Source of the DNA: Minisyncoccota bacterium
GTDB taxonomy: Bacteria > Patescibacteriota > Minisyncoccia > Phycocordibacterales > GWA1-40-21
Direction of reading: 5' to 3'
NCBI GenBank assembly: GCA_041663045.1
Contig: JBAZRH010000002.1
Coordinates: 73,179 to 113,698 of the forward strand
DNA length: 40,520 nt
The stretch's first letter is position 1, and each line of letters begins with the position of its first letter. This document shows, piece after piece, positions 18,582 through 27,981 of the stretch. The notes below the pieces were generated by a model that was given only the letters and a program-made list of their open reading frames with translations, was not told where the DNA came from and made no database searches. A program made the position numbers and the translations under genes.

Positions 18582-20393
18582 TTACTGCTCAAGTTCACGC
18601 CAGCCCGTGATTTCAAGGCTATTGGAAGACCCTGTAGAGAAATTTGGATTTAGAAGTGCACTATCATAAGTAATCACCACCCCCGTGCCAGATATGATTG
18701 TCTTATAAGCCGTAATCTGACTTGCTTTTGCACTGTTACCAAGATTTACAGTACCTTTTTGTGCATTGATTATTATATTGTCTCCAGAGCCAGCGATATT
18801 TACTGCATATTCCCCATTGCAAGAAGGGCCAGCGGGGCAATCGCTTGTAGTTACAAACATAATATAGCTTCCGTCTTGTCCGGAACCCTTGACCAGGTTT
18901 TCATTAGGAATTGAAATCCTACCATCACTGATGATGATTCCACTATTTGAACCGTAAGACGTCGCTAGTTGTAAACTCGCATTACCAGTCATAGTTATAT
19001 TACCAATTACCCAGAGAGTGCCAGAAACAATGACTGTACCGGTTCCACTGATATTCAAATCTCCGTTTATTTTCTTTGCCGTACTGATAGTGGTAGTACC
19101 AAAACTTACATTTAGAGAATTAAGTGTCCCCCCCGCCAAAGATATCGCTTTCCAATCTGCGACATTTGTATCAGAGATAGGAAAATTGGAAGAGATCGGA
19201 TCTGGATAGGTTATGTCACAGTTCTTATTGTTCGCCGGTATAGAACCAATCTGGCATCTCATGAAATCTCCAGAATTCACGTAGGTTATGGTGTGAGCTT
19301 GTGCTCCGCCAGAAATACTTAATCTATTATTTTGATTTTTCCCAATTATTTTTCCAAAACTTCCACCTAAAAATATCTTAAAATAAGAATCATAATTAGT
19401 GTCTCCCCAAGACTGCCCCAATCTGCCGATCTTTGCTGTCCCGCTATTATAAGAATTATCCAAATTTGCACCGATAATATAATAGCTTTTCGAAGGATTA
19501 CTTTGAACGTTCAGAACTATCCAATATGTATTGCCAACAATCAGAGAGGGGTTTGTAGAAAAAGATACTTCCACCCAACTATAGTCTGTGGTGATAGAAG
19601 ATGAATCTGTAATAGAAGATAGAAGTATGTCATTGGAATTATCACTAGGGACACCGGAAGAATCTTTAATTATTTCTACTGTTATATCTCCAGGGTTACC
19701 TACCTTTTTTATAAAAAGATTTATTTGGGTCAGAGGTGACGATGAAGAAACTATAAAACTCTGTGCTAGATCTTGTGTTCTCTCTGAATCGCCAAATATT
19801 ATCGAATTCACTGGAGAAGTCGGGTTTATATTCTGCTGATCTACAAAGAGGTTTGGACTATTTGCAACCATTGTTATGCCATTTATTTCTGCATTTGAAT
19901 TACTTGAAATAATACCTCCATTTGAATAAACATCTCCATTTATTATTCCGTTATTACTAAAGACAAGGCCTCCTAGTCCCGCCTGCAGGGCATAAACAAA
20001 TGGAATACCGGCACCTTTCTTGATCTTTGTCTCTATATATTTATTATACCCATTTTGATTTGAGACTGTGGATATAGTCATACCTTCTGTAGAGCCACTG
20101 GATCCAGATACTGTGGTAATAGCACTAAAATCACCAAGATTAAACGTCTCATTGGGCTGAACAGAAGAATCTGAATATGACTTCACTCTATATACAATGT
20201 CTTCAGTACTGGATTCAGACAGATAATAACTTTGCTTTGAATTCCATAGATTAGAGACTGTTCTTGCCTGTTTAATAGTCGGATTTGTCAGACCAGAAAT
20301 AATAATGAAAGATACTGACATAAAAAGTATCGTCATAAGAAGCATTACTTGTCCTTTTTTTCTATTTATTTTTCTTTTTTTAAGGAAAGACAT
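18582..20393 (-). CDS. PilX-like minor pilin with a large C-terminal beta-rich domain
   Basis: Basic leader ending KKG/QVMLLMTILF with no Glu5 (PilX/GspK-type); A..QSYYLSES..ED; last gene of the pilin cluster. Confidence 0.7.
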   Translation of the reverse strand: MSFLKKRKINRKKGQVMLLMTILFMSVSFIIISGLTNPTIKQARTVSNLWNSKQSYYLSESSTEDIVYRVKSYSDSSVQPNETFNLGDFSAITTVSGSSGSTEGMTISTVSNQNGYNKYIETKIKKGAGIPFVYALQAGLGGLVFSNNGIINGDVYSNGGIISSNSNAEINGITMVANSPNLFVDQQNINPTSPVNSIIFGDSERTQDLAQSFIVSSSSPLTQINLFIKKVGNPGDITVEIIKDSSGVPSDNSNDILLSSITDSSSITTDYSWVEVSFSTNPSLIVGNTYWIVLNVQSNPSKSYYIIGANLDNSYNSGTAKIGRLGQSWGDTNYDSYFKIFLGGSFGKIIGKNQNNRLSISGGAQAHTITYVNSGDFMRCQIGSIPANNKNCDITYPDPISSNFPISDTNVADWKAISLAGGTLNSLNVSFGTTTISTAKKINGDLNISGTGTVIVSGTLWVIGNITMTGNASLQLATSYGSNSGIIISDGRISIPNENLVKGSGQDGSYIMFVTTSDCPAGPSCNGEYAVNIAGSGDNIIINAQKGTVNLGNSAKASQITAYKTIISGTGVVITYDSALLNPNFSTGSSNSLEITGWRELEQ

Positions 20394-20394
20394 T

Positions 20395-20925
20395 TTAATA
20401 TGAACCCCTTAATATTACTGTGGAATAAAAATCTTCGGTCTTTACAAAATCTTTACCATTATTTTCCAATGTCATTTCTATTTTCACAGCGGAAGAAACA
20501 GGGGTGATAATAGGGATAAATTTGAGATTTGAGACCTTAATATTATTTGATGTCAGTGGTCCAAAAAGTGTATTAATCGAAGAAGAAGCGTTTATCATCA
20601 AAATATTTGATTGTAAGTAAAACCTTATTATTTCTGGATTACCAGAGGAATCTTTAGAATTAATCTGTAATATTCCATTTGTAACATTCAAGGAGCTGTT
20701 TACTAAGTCTATACTTTCTGCATTTCTGATTTCTCTTGTCATCTTTTCAAGACTAGTGATTGCTGAGTCTTTAATACTGTTTGATGCAAAAGATTGCTTA
20801 TTTGACTTAACGACAGTGATAATAGATTGAACGAGAACTGCCGTTATGACTGTCATGATAGCTACATAGACAATCATCTCAGCTAGAGCGAATCCTGTAT
20901 TGTTTTTTAAAGAAGACTCTCTCAT
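20395..20925 (-). CDS. Prepilin-type minor pilin (PilW/GspJ-like)
   Basis: G/FALAEMIVYVAI class III signal; ..LEKMTREIRNA. Confidence 0.85.
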   Translation of the reverse strand: MRESSLKNNTGFALAEMIVYVAIMTVITAVLVQSIITVVKSNKQSFASNSIKDSAITSLEKMTREIRNAESIDLVNSSLNVTNGILQINSKDSSGNPEIIRFYLQSNILMINASSSINTLFGPLTSNNIKVSNLKFIPIITPVSSAVKIEMTLENNGKDFVKTEDFYSTVILRGSY

Positions 20926-20927
20926 AA

Positions 20928-21428
20928 TTAATTCAATATATTAGTTATGTATGTTGAGATGGATTTTGTAGTCGTACTTCCTTTGTCTTGCCAAGAAACA
21001 GAAACTGTCAGTAATTTCGTATTTGGGTCATCTACACCACCGCTAGAAATTTGGTGATATCCATCTGCATTTCTAGAGACGCTATTTATTGTAAAGCTAC
21101 TATCAAAATCTCCTGAAAATTCTGGAGCACGAGAAAGTTTCTCCGAAGTTATTTGCCATACTGAAGTGGTGGTACTAAATGAGAGAAAGTATGGAATATT
21201 CGATGTTAAGGAAGAAATATTAGACCAGCCGGCATCCCGCACTGTTTTCACTGCCTCTATCCCCTCCTCAGCAAGATAAGCGGCCTTGGTAAACTTAAGG
21301 TTTGAACCAGCGCTTGAGAGATAAAGATTACATGCTGTTATAAGCGTAGTAAGAATTACCGAAAAAATGAAGACAGCGACCAAAACCTCCACGAGACCTA
21401 TTCCTTTTTTAAAATTAGTCTTTTTCAC
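20928..21428 (-). CDS. Prepilin-type minor pilin (PilV/GspI-like)
   Basis: KKG/IGLVEVLVAV; A.YLAEEGIEAV+; VTV.VSW. Confidence 0.85.
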   Translation of the reverse strand: MKKTNFKKGIGLVEVLVAVFIFSVILTTLITACNLYLSSAGSNLKFTKAAYLAEEGIEAVKTVRDAGWSNISSLTSNIPYFLSFSTTTSVWQITSEKLSRAPEFSGDFDSSFTINSVSRNADGYHQISSGGVDDPNTKLLTVSVSWQDKGSTTTKSISTYITNILN

Positions 21429-21429
21429 T

Positions 21430-21882
21430 TTAATTTAAATCTATAACACCGGTCTTATATATTATTATGGTCTTGCTTTGTAATAGATCACCCTCTAAAG
21501 ACATCATTATTGTTCCACTAGCACTCGTCTCGCCTGTAACTTTATTAAAAATAACTTCATCCCCAAAAATATTACTTGAAATATTTACCGAACTGCCAAG
21601 ATCATACTGTTTATTATCCGTACCAAGAGAATTTCTAAATAAGACTACTGAATTTTGATTGATATGTACACCGTAGTTTGAAAAATCTTTTGAAGATATT
21701 GCCAAGGATCTTGCCTCACTTAGAATAGAAAAAATATTTAATGCACTTCTATCCAAAGACTGTCTCTCTCCAAGAGAAAAGAAAGAGAATACAACAACCG
21801 AACAAATCAAAACCAGAATCCCAATAACAATAGACGTCTCAACAAAAGTAAAACCTCTTTTAAGTGACATCGTATGAATCAT
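21430..21882 (-). CDS. Prepilin-type minor pilin (FimU/GspH-like)
   Basis: KRG/FTFVETSIVIGIL; LSEARSLA..SK; F.KVTGE; I.I..TG.I. Confidence 0.85.
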   Translation of the reverse strand: MIHTMSLKRGFTFVETSIVIGILVLICSVVVFSFFSLGERQSLDRSALNIFSILSEARSLAISSKDFSNYGVHINQNSVVLFRNSLGTDNKQYDLGSSVNISSNIFGDEVIFNKVTGETSASGTIMMSLEGDLLQSKTIIIYKTGVIDLN

Positions 21883-21885
21883 ATC

Positions 21886-23097
21886 TTATATTGAGTCCAT
21901 AACGGAGTAGATCGGAGTGATCATAGCAAGTGCAAAGAAGCCGACAGCAACACCGATTATTACCATAAGGATTGGTTCTATTATTGTCGACATATCTTTG
22001 GTCTTTTGATCCACAGAATCTTCATAAAATGATGCAACCTCTGTAAGCATCGCTGGTAATCGCCCCGTCTCCTCTCCAACACTCATCATTTCTCCCACGA
22101 AAATGGGACAGACTTTTGTATTGGCTAAAAATACACTTGAAATCATTTCTCCTTTTTCTACTTTTATCTTTGCCTCTGTTAAAATATCCTTAAAGTACGA
22201 ATTCTGTACCACATCACCAACTATAAGTATTGAATCGGCAAAGGGTACGCCGGATGAAAGAAGCGATGAAAGCGTCCTTGCGACTCTTGCGGCGTTTGTT
22301 TCTCTTACAAGCTCACCGATAAAAGGAATTCTCAATAATAATCCGTCTATTACTCTCTTCCCTTTCTTTGAAATTGAGAAAATATAACCAAATATACCTA
22401 TTATAATTATTATAAAGAATGAAATAATTATATTGTTTTTCAAGAAATCGCTAGCAGAGATAAGAATTCTAGTCAAAAGAGGAAGTTCTGACTTCATGTC
22501 TTTAAAAGTCGCTGTTATACTAGGCACTACAAAGATAAGCATCAGGGCACCGATTATAATCATGATTGAGATAATAACGGTTGGATATATCATTGCTCCC
22601 TTGATTTTGCTCTTCAATTTATACATTCCGTCCATTTGATTCGCCACAATATTGAGAGATTCAGCCAACTTTCCACTCTCTTCGCCTGCTTTAACCATAG
22701 AGATAAAGAGCCCAGAGAATGTGTCTGGGTATGTCTTTAATGACTCACTGAGAGTTTTACCTTTCTTTATATCAAGGCCGATAGAGATAGTAATATTTCT
22801 GAGTTTGGGATTCTTAATTTGTTTTTCCAAAACAGCAAGGGCACGAGCAAGTGGTAACCCCGCCCCTACCATTGCGCCCAAGTTCTTCGCAAAAATTATA
22901 CGTTGAAGTGTAGGTACACTACCAAAAGAACCGAGGACTTTTTCAAGAAAAATACTATTCTTACTGATTCCTTGTGCCGTGACTAAAGTATCACCATCAG
23001 ACTTGAGATCTGCGTATAAGGTAAATTTGTCTGCTGAATCTCGCGTTCCCTCATATCTTTCTCCATTTTGTTTAATTGCTTTAAATTTAAATTTCAT
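21886..23097 (-). CDS. pilC: Type IV pilus platform protein PilC/GspF
   Basis: F.KNLGAMVGAGLPL, MVKAGEESGKL, KIKGAMIYP, MMSVGEETGRL..ML, IIEPILM. Start MKFKF (23097) preferred over 23115. Confidence 0.93.
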   Translation of the reverse strand: MKFKFKAIKQNGERYEGTRDSADKFTLYADLKSDGDTLVTAQGISKNSIFLEKVLGSFGSVPTLQRIIFAKNLGAMVGAGLPLARALAVLEKQIKNPKLRNITISIGLDIKKGKTLSESLKTYPDTFSGLFISMVKAGEESGKLAESLNIVANQMDGMYKLKSKIKGAMIYPTVIISIMIIIGALMLIFVVPSITATFKDMKSELPLLTRILISASDFLKNNIIISFFIIIIIGIFGYIFSISKKGKRVIDGLLLRIPFIGELVRETNAARVARTLSSLLSSGVPFADSILIVGDVVQNSYFKDILTEAKIKVEKGEMISSVFLANTKVCPIFVGEMMSVGEETGRLPAMLTEVASFYEDSVDQKTKDMSTIIEPILMVIIGVAVGFFALAMITPIYSVMDSI

Positions 23098-23101
23098 ATT
23101 T

Positions 23102-24862
23102 TTACTCTGTGACAACCCTCAATACTTCTTCAATGGTGGTAAAACCTTGCACTGCCTTGAAGATCCCGTCTTCAAGCATTGTTATCATCCCCTCTTTCTT
23201 GGCTTGTACTTCTATCTCTTGAGAAGTTGCCCCTCTCATGGCAAGTTCTCGTATAGTCGGTGTCATCTTGAGTACTTCATGAATACCGATTCTTCCAGAA
23301 TATCCGTCTTTAGAATCTACAGATTCTCTTGGTTTATAAAAACTAATCTTGCTCCAACCATCATCTTTACCCACAATCCCTTCCTTTCTTAAAAGCTCAA
23401 GAACTCTGTCTAGATCTACCACTTTTGCAAGAGATTCAATTCCCGATTTTGTTAAGAGGACTTTTTCTTTATTTTTATTTAGTCTTCTGACAAGTCTCTG
23501 GGCCAAAATAATATTAACAGTAGAGACGAGTAAGAATGGCTCTATTTTCATATCTATAAGGCGCGGTATTGCACCGGCAGCACTATTGGTGTGTAAAGTC
23601 GATAAAACCAAATGTCCTGTAAGTGCTGCATTTACAGCGAGGGACGCTGTTTCATTGTCACGTATCTCACCTACCATTATTATGTCTGGATCCTGTCTCA
23701 CAAGAGAACGCAAACCGTTTGCAAAAGTAAAACCGATTTCTGGTTTAACCTGTGTTTGATTGACTCTTGGCATTTGATATTCGATCGGATCTTCGATCGT
23801 AGAGATATTTACATTTGCGGTATTTAAAATCTCTAGAATCGTATAGAGAGTTGTCGTCTTACCAGAACCTGTTGGACCAGTCGTAAGTATCATTCCATTT
23901 GCTTGTCTTGTAGCACCATGAACTCTCTCAAGTGCTTCACCATGGAGACCCATGGATTCGAGCGAAAAACCTCCAGCACTTTCCCTCAATAATCTCATTA
24001 CTGTTTTCTCACCAAAATATGTGGGTATAATAGAAACTCTGAAAGAAACATTTTCACCATTAAGTTCAATCTTGAACCTTCCGTCTTGAGGCAAACGTTT
24101 TTCATCAAGCTTTAGATTTGCGAGAACTTTTATCCTGGCTGTAATACTAGTAGAAGCATTTTTAGGCAAAACCATTGCGTCATGGAGAAGCCCGTCTATT
24201 CTATATCTGACAAGCATCTCGTTTTCCATACATTCCATATGAATATCGGAAGCATTTTGTAAAATAGCATGTTTAAGTAAAGTATCTACAATACGTACAA
24301 CTGGTAAATCTTCTGCCATTTTCTTTAATGAGTCCTCTATAGAGTTTGTAGACAAAGATGATTCACTAAGAGCCTTAAGTGCTTGAATATCTTTCTGAAT
24401 AATATCACCAAACTCCGCTTTTAGACTTTTCTGATACTGAATAACCGCACTTTTTATGGATTCCGTATCGGTAAGTCTCGGTAAGATCTTGAGACCCACC
24501 TTCTTCTTTATAAATTCAACAGCAGCAAGATCTTGAGTATCAAGCATTGCTACCTCAAGAGAGTCTATATTTTTCCTAAAAGCTACAATATTGTGTTTCC
24601 TAGCTATAGGCTCAGGGACAAGGGACAGGGTATCTAAATCTATTTTTTGATTTTTTAGATCAACAAACGGTATACCAAAAATATAGGCTTGTGCTCTCCT
24701 TAAATCATCTTCCGATATCTTACCTCTACTTACAAAAATCTTCTCTGGAGTTTCGTTTGAATTTGTTTTTTTTATCTCCTTTTCAACCTCATCGTATTCT
24801 GACCGGCTTATAAGCCCAGCGTCTATGAGAAACTCTTTTAATTGTTTTGGGTCTGACTTCAT
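23102..24862 (-). CDS. pilB: Type IV pilus assembly ATPase PilB/GspE
   Basis: ASDIH.E, RYRIDG.L, RLPQDGR, Walker A GPTGSGKTT, TIEDPIEY, RQDPDIIMVGEIRD, LSTLHTN. Confidence 0.95.
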   Translation of the reverse strand: MKSDPKQLKEFLIDAGLISRSEYDEVEKEIKKTNSNETPEKIFVSRGKISEDDLRRAQAYIFGIPFVDLKNQKIDLDTLSLVPEPIARKHNIVAFRKNIDSLEVAMLDTQDLAAVEFIKKKVGLKILPRLTDTESIKSAVIQYQKSLKAEFGDIIQKDIQALKALSESSLSTNSIEDSLKKMAEDLPVVRIVDTLLKHAILQNASDIHMECMENEMLVRYRIDGLLHDAMVLPKNASTSITARIKVLANLKLDEKRLPQDGRFKIELNGENVSFRVSIIPTYFGEKTVMRLLRESAGGFSLESMGLHGEALERVHGATRQANGMILTTGPTGSGKTTTLYTILEILNTANVNISTIEDPIEYQMPRVNQTQVKPEIGFTFANGLRSLVRQDPDIIMVGEIRDNETASLAVNAALTGHLVLSTLHTNSAAGAIPRLIDMKIEPFLLVSTVNIILAQRLVRRLNKNKEKVLLTKSGIESLAKVVDLDRVLELLRKEGIVGKDDGWSKISFYKPRESVDSKDGYSGRIGIHEVLKMTPTIRELAMRGATSQEIEVQAKKEGMITMLEDGIFKAVQGFTTIEEVLRVVTE

Positions 24863-24917
24863 CTTAGGATGTTTTATTCCAATAAATTATACCATAGAAA
24901 TAAAATATTGGTTGTGG

Positions 24918-24963
24918 AAAAGAGATGCCCCACACCTGCATACAGGTGTGGGGCATCTCTTTT
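24918..24963. terminator. 21-bp perfect hairpin between the surface-protein gene and pilB
   Basis: aaaagagatgccccacacctg-cata-caggtgtggggcatctctttt. Confidence 0.75.
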
Positions 24964-24983
24964 ATTTTACAATCATATACTAT

Positions 24984-27872
24984 CTACTGTTCTTGTACGT
25001 TTCCTCCAGATACAATATTGGTTGAAGTACTGCATGTGCCTTGAAGGGGTCTTCCGGCTGAATTCTTTCCGAATACGGTTACACTAGCATTCTTTAGACC
25101 AACCGTAGTATAGATCTTTGATAGAACCGCGGTATTCCCCGTTAATCCATCTGAACCTGTCCAACGAATACTTGTACTAGCTACAATACCAAGCTCGCTA
25201 TTAGGATCGGATGGGATTGTGACAATCCAGTTTAAAGGTTTATTCACATAGGTAATGTTCCCAGAAGCTGGAGCAAAAGCACATGTAAATGTTGATGTGG
25301 CTAATTCATTTATTGTATCCCAAACGTCTACATAACAATTCGCTGATGTGTCTCTATAATATGGATCGACACCAGAATTGGCTGATATTGTCACATTTTT
25401 CCTTATAGGATCAGGGTTTGAGTTAGTATAGGTGGTAGTGGATTGTGCAGGGACATCTGCTGTAGTAATACCTGAACTTGGAGTAGTGCTCCCCATCCAA
25501 CTAAAGTTATAAGGTTCGACGCCTCCTGCTATCGGAGCAACCCAGACCACCCTGCCAGCAGCTGCGTTCAAGACTGGTATATCGTTTTGTGTAGCATAAC
25601 AAGAAGCTATCATGTTTGGAGTGCAGTCATAGGTAGCTGTTGCGACTTTCAGTGGTGATATTGCAGAATGGCTGACCGCATTGAAAGCCTGAACTGCATA
25701 TTTATGAACCGAACCTGGTTCGACAACATCTCTGTATGTGGTACTTGTAGTTGTGGCTGAATTTTCAACATCACCACTTACCGGATTGTATCTATAAATA
25801 GTATAGTAAGCGGCATGGGGTATAGAGAGCCAAGAGACATCTATTTTTCCACCACATTGTCCAGGTACAGTAGAAGCATAGGCGCTTGCATTTACATCTG
25901 AAGTTATAGGACACATCGGTGCGGCATTTGCTGTTGCAGGACTTGATGGAGCAGAGCTTCCGCATAAGCTAATGGCACTCACTCTGTATGAATGCGATGA
26001 GTCTAATGCAACAGAAGTGTCGTTGTAGGAAAGAGTAGCCGAAGAAACTGTTGCTAGAGGATTTGTAGAACCATCTTTGTAGATCTTATACCCTCCTGAT
26101 GCATTTGAAACTGCCGACCAAGAGACCATTAAACCACCCTCACAAGTAGAGCTAGCAACAACAGACACTGCAGGAACTGGTATGGAAGGACAATTCACAG
26201 TATAACTTTCATGTCCTGTCAGACTAGCCCAGTTACTATGATCAAAGTTATCTACGGTTGCTGAATAATTTGCATTATAATCCCCTGGGGTAGCCGATGG
26301 ATTGAAGGTAACATCTAAAGCATTGTACATTGCATTAGAACTGTATTGATTCCTACTAACTGTCTTAGTCTGACCGGCAACATTCAAAGTAAAAGCCATG
26401 CCCCTATTACCACAAGCATTTGCATACGCTCTCACCTGAAGAGTTCTGGCTGTACCAGGATCTGCAGCAACTGGTGTCACTTGCGAAAAAACTCCATAAA
26501 TACTTCCATCTCCACCGTGATTATATGTGTCAATATTAGCCGCCTTTACACCGCTCGCATATATAAACACGATCGCCAAGATTAATACAAATATAAGAGT
26601 AAATAATATTGTGATTTTTCTATTCGGTGATTTTCTTGCTAAGAAGATTACTATAATAGCTATAATTATAAGAAGTATCAGACTTATATTCTTTGCGTTA
26701 AAGAAGCCTGCCCAATCTGACTCATTTTGTAGCTTAGAGAAATCCTTAGATAGAATTGCATTATATCTCGCAAGAACCTTATCACCTTTGTATGCTACTG
26801 CTTCTACCCTTATGCCTTTAGCCTGTTCTGTCGCTGTAATATTTACAATCTTTTTATCACCAATGTTGAAATCCGTTTTGTCTGTATACTCGCCAACTAA
26901 GACGTTTTTCTGATTAAATACTTTTAGATCAAAATCTGCCGGGGTACTCGTCGCTACCCTGCCATTCATAATATCAAACGGAGCCCCAGAATAATTTATA
27001 GTGATTATGACAGAACTGCCCTTATCTACAGATTCAGCACTGCTTGTAACGCTATTAATGGTGACGATATCACCGTTTACAATATATCTAAAGTCAATTG
27101 TTGGAGCCACTTTTTCTCCAGAAGAATTTACCAGATCTAATTTACCAACATAAACCTTTGGATCAAATCCAAAAGTCGGTAAATCTATATTTAAAGTTAA
27201 ATCTGATTTTGATTTTACAGTTATCTTTGGTTCATCAAATTGTTTGAGTAATCCTCCAACCTCTGACCTATTGTATATACTTATCTTAGGAGTTGCTTCG
27301 ATCGTTGTACCTGAATCGTTTCTAAAGACGGTGTTTAGATAAACTTTTTCCCCTTCGTAAACCATCGGACCATCCTGTAATCCAAACTTATCTTTACCAA
27401 CGCCGATATATGAACTGCTAAACTTCAAGAATCCCGTGCCACCAGTGACTTTTACCATTGAGTCTGCCCAACCGAGACCCGTGCCATTTTGCATCGTAGC
27501 ATGAATCTGAATACCTAATCCTGTTCCACTTGCGCCACTCGGCAATTTATATGAAAAACTTACTTTTCTGTTTTCATTGGCTGAAAGATTAAAAGGACCT
27601 ATCATAACCGAGTGATCATATTGTATTTGTGGAATGGTATTCTTATAATCACCCATCAAAAAAGTCATGTAGTAGATATTTGGAACAACAGAATTTTCTG
27701 TATTAACCAAAGAAAATGAGCCGTGAACATCTTCGCCGGCTTTATATTCGGATTTATCTAACAAAAGATCTCTGACATAAACACCAGGTAGACTAACAAT
27801 TTGTGCATTTGTTATCGATGGTAATACTACAAGGGACAATAGGAGTGAAAATACCGCTAATAATTTTTTCAT
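24984..27872 (-). CDS. Large membrane-anchored surface protein: Ig-like N-region, two internal TMs, FN3/PKD-like Cys-containing C-region
   Basis: Signal peptide (..ITNA), beta-rich N half, two hydrophobic helices around KSPNRK, FN3-like repeats (VSWSAVSNASGGYKIY, VSWLSIPHAAYYTIY). Confidence 0.75.
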   Translation of the reverse strand: MKKLLAVFSLLLSLVVLPSITNAQIVSLPGVYVRDLLLDKSEYKAGEDVHGSFSLVNTENSVVPNIYYMTFLMGDYKNTIPQIQYDHSVMIGPFNLSANENRKVSFSYKLPSGASGTGLGIQIHATMQNGTGLGWADSMVKVTGGTGFLKFSSSYIGVGKDKFGLQDGPMVYEGEKVYLNTVFRNDSGTTIEATPKISIYNRSEVGGLLKQFDEPKITVKSKSDLTLNIDLPTFGFDPKVYVGKLDLVNSSGEKVAPTIDFRYIVNGDIVTINSVTSSAESVDKGSSVIITINYSGAPFDIMNGRVATSTPADFDLKVFNQKNVLVGEYTDKTDFNIGDKKIVNITATEQAKGIRVEAVAYKGDKVLARYNAILSKDFSKLQNESDWAGFFNAKNISLILLIIIAIIVIFLARKSPNRKITILFTLIFVLILAIVFIYASGVKAANIDTYNHGGDGSIYGVFSQVTPVAADPGTARTLQVRAYANACGNRGMAFTLNVAGQTKTVSRNQYSSNAMYNALDVTFNPSATPGDYNANYSATVDNFDHSNWASLTGHESYTVNCPSIPVPAVSVVASSTCEGGLMVSWSAVSNASGGYKIYKDGSTNPLATVSSATLSYNDTSVALDSSHSYRVSAISLCGSSAPSSPATANAAPMCPITSDVNASAYASTVPGQCGGKIDVSWLSIPHAAYYTIYRYNPVSGDVENSATTTSTTYRDVVEPGSVHKYAVQAFNAVSHSAISPLKVATATYDCTPNMIASCYATQNDIPVLNAAAGRVVWVAPIAGGVEPYNFSWMGSTTPSSGITTADVPAQSTTTYTNSNPDPIRKNVTISANSGVDPYYRDTSANCYVDVWDTINELATSTFTCAFAPASGNITYVNKPLNWIVTIPSDPNSELGIVASTSIRWTGSDGLTGNTAVLSKIYTTVGLKNASVTVFGKNSAGRPLQGTCSTSTNIVSGGNVQEQ

Positions 27873-27981
27873 ATCTTTAAATAAAAAATAAAGGACTAAT
27901 AAATGAGAGTTATCTCATCTAGTATTATACCAGAAGAGAGGGTGGCTCGGGAGTACCCTCGCCACCACGATAGTGGATAAC

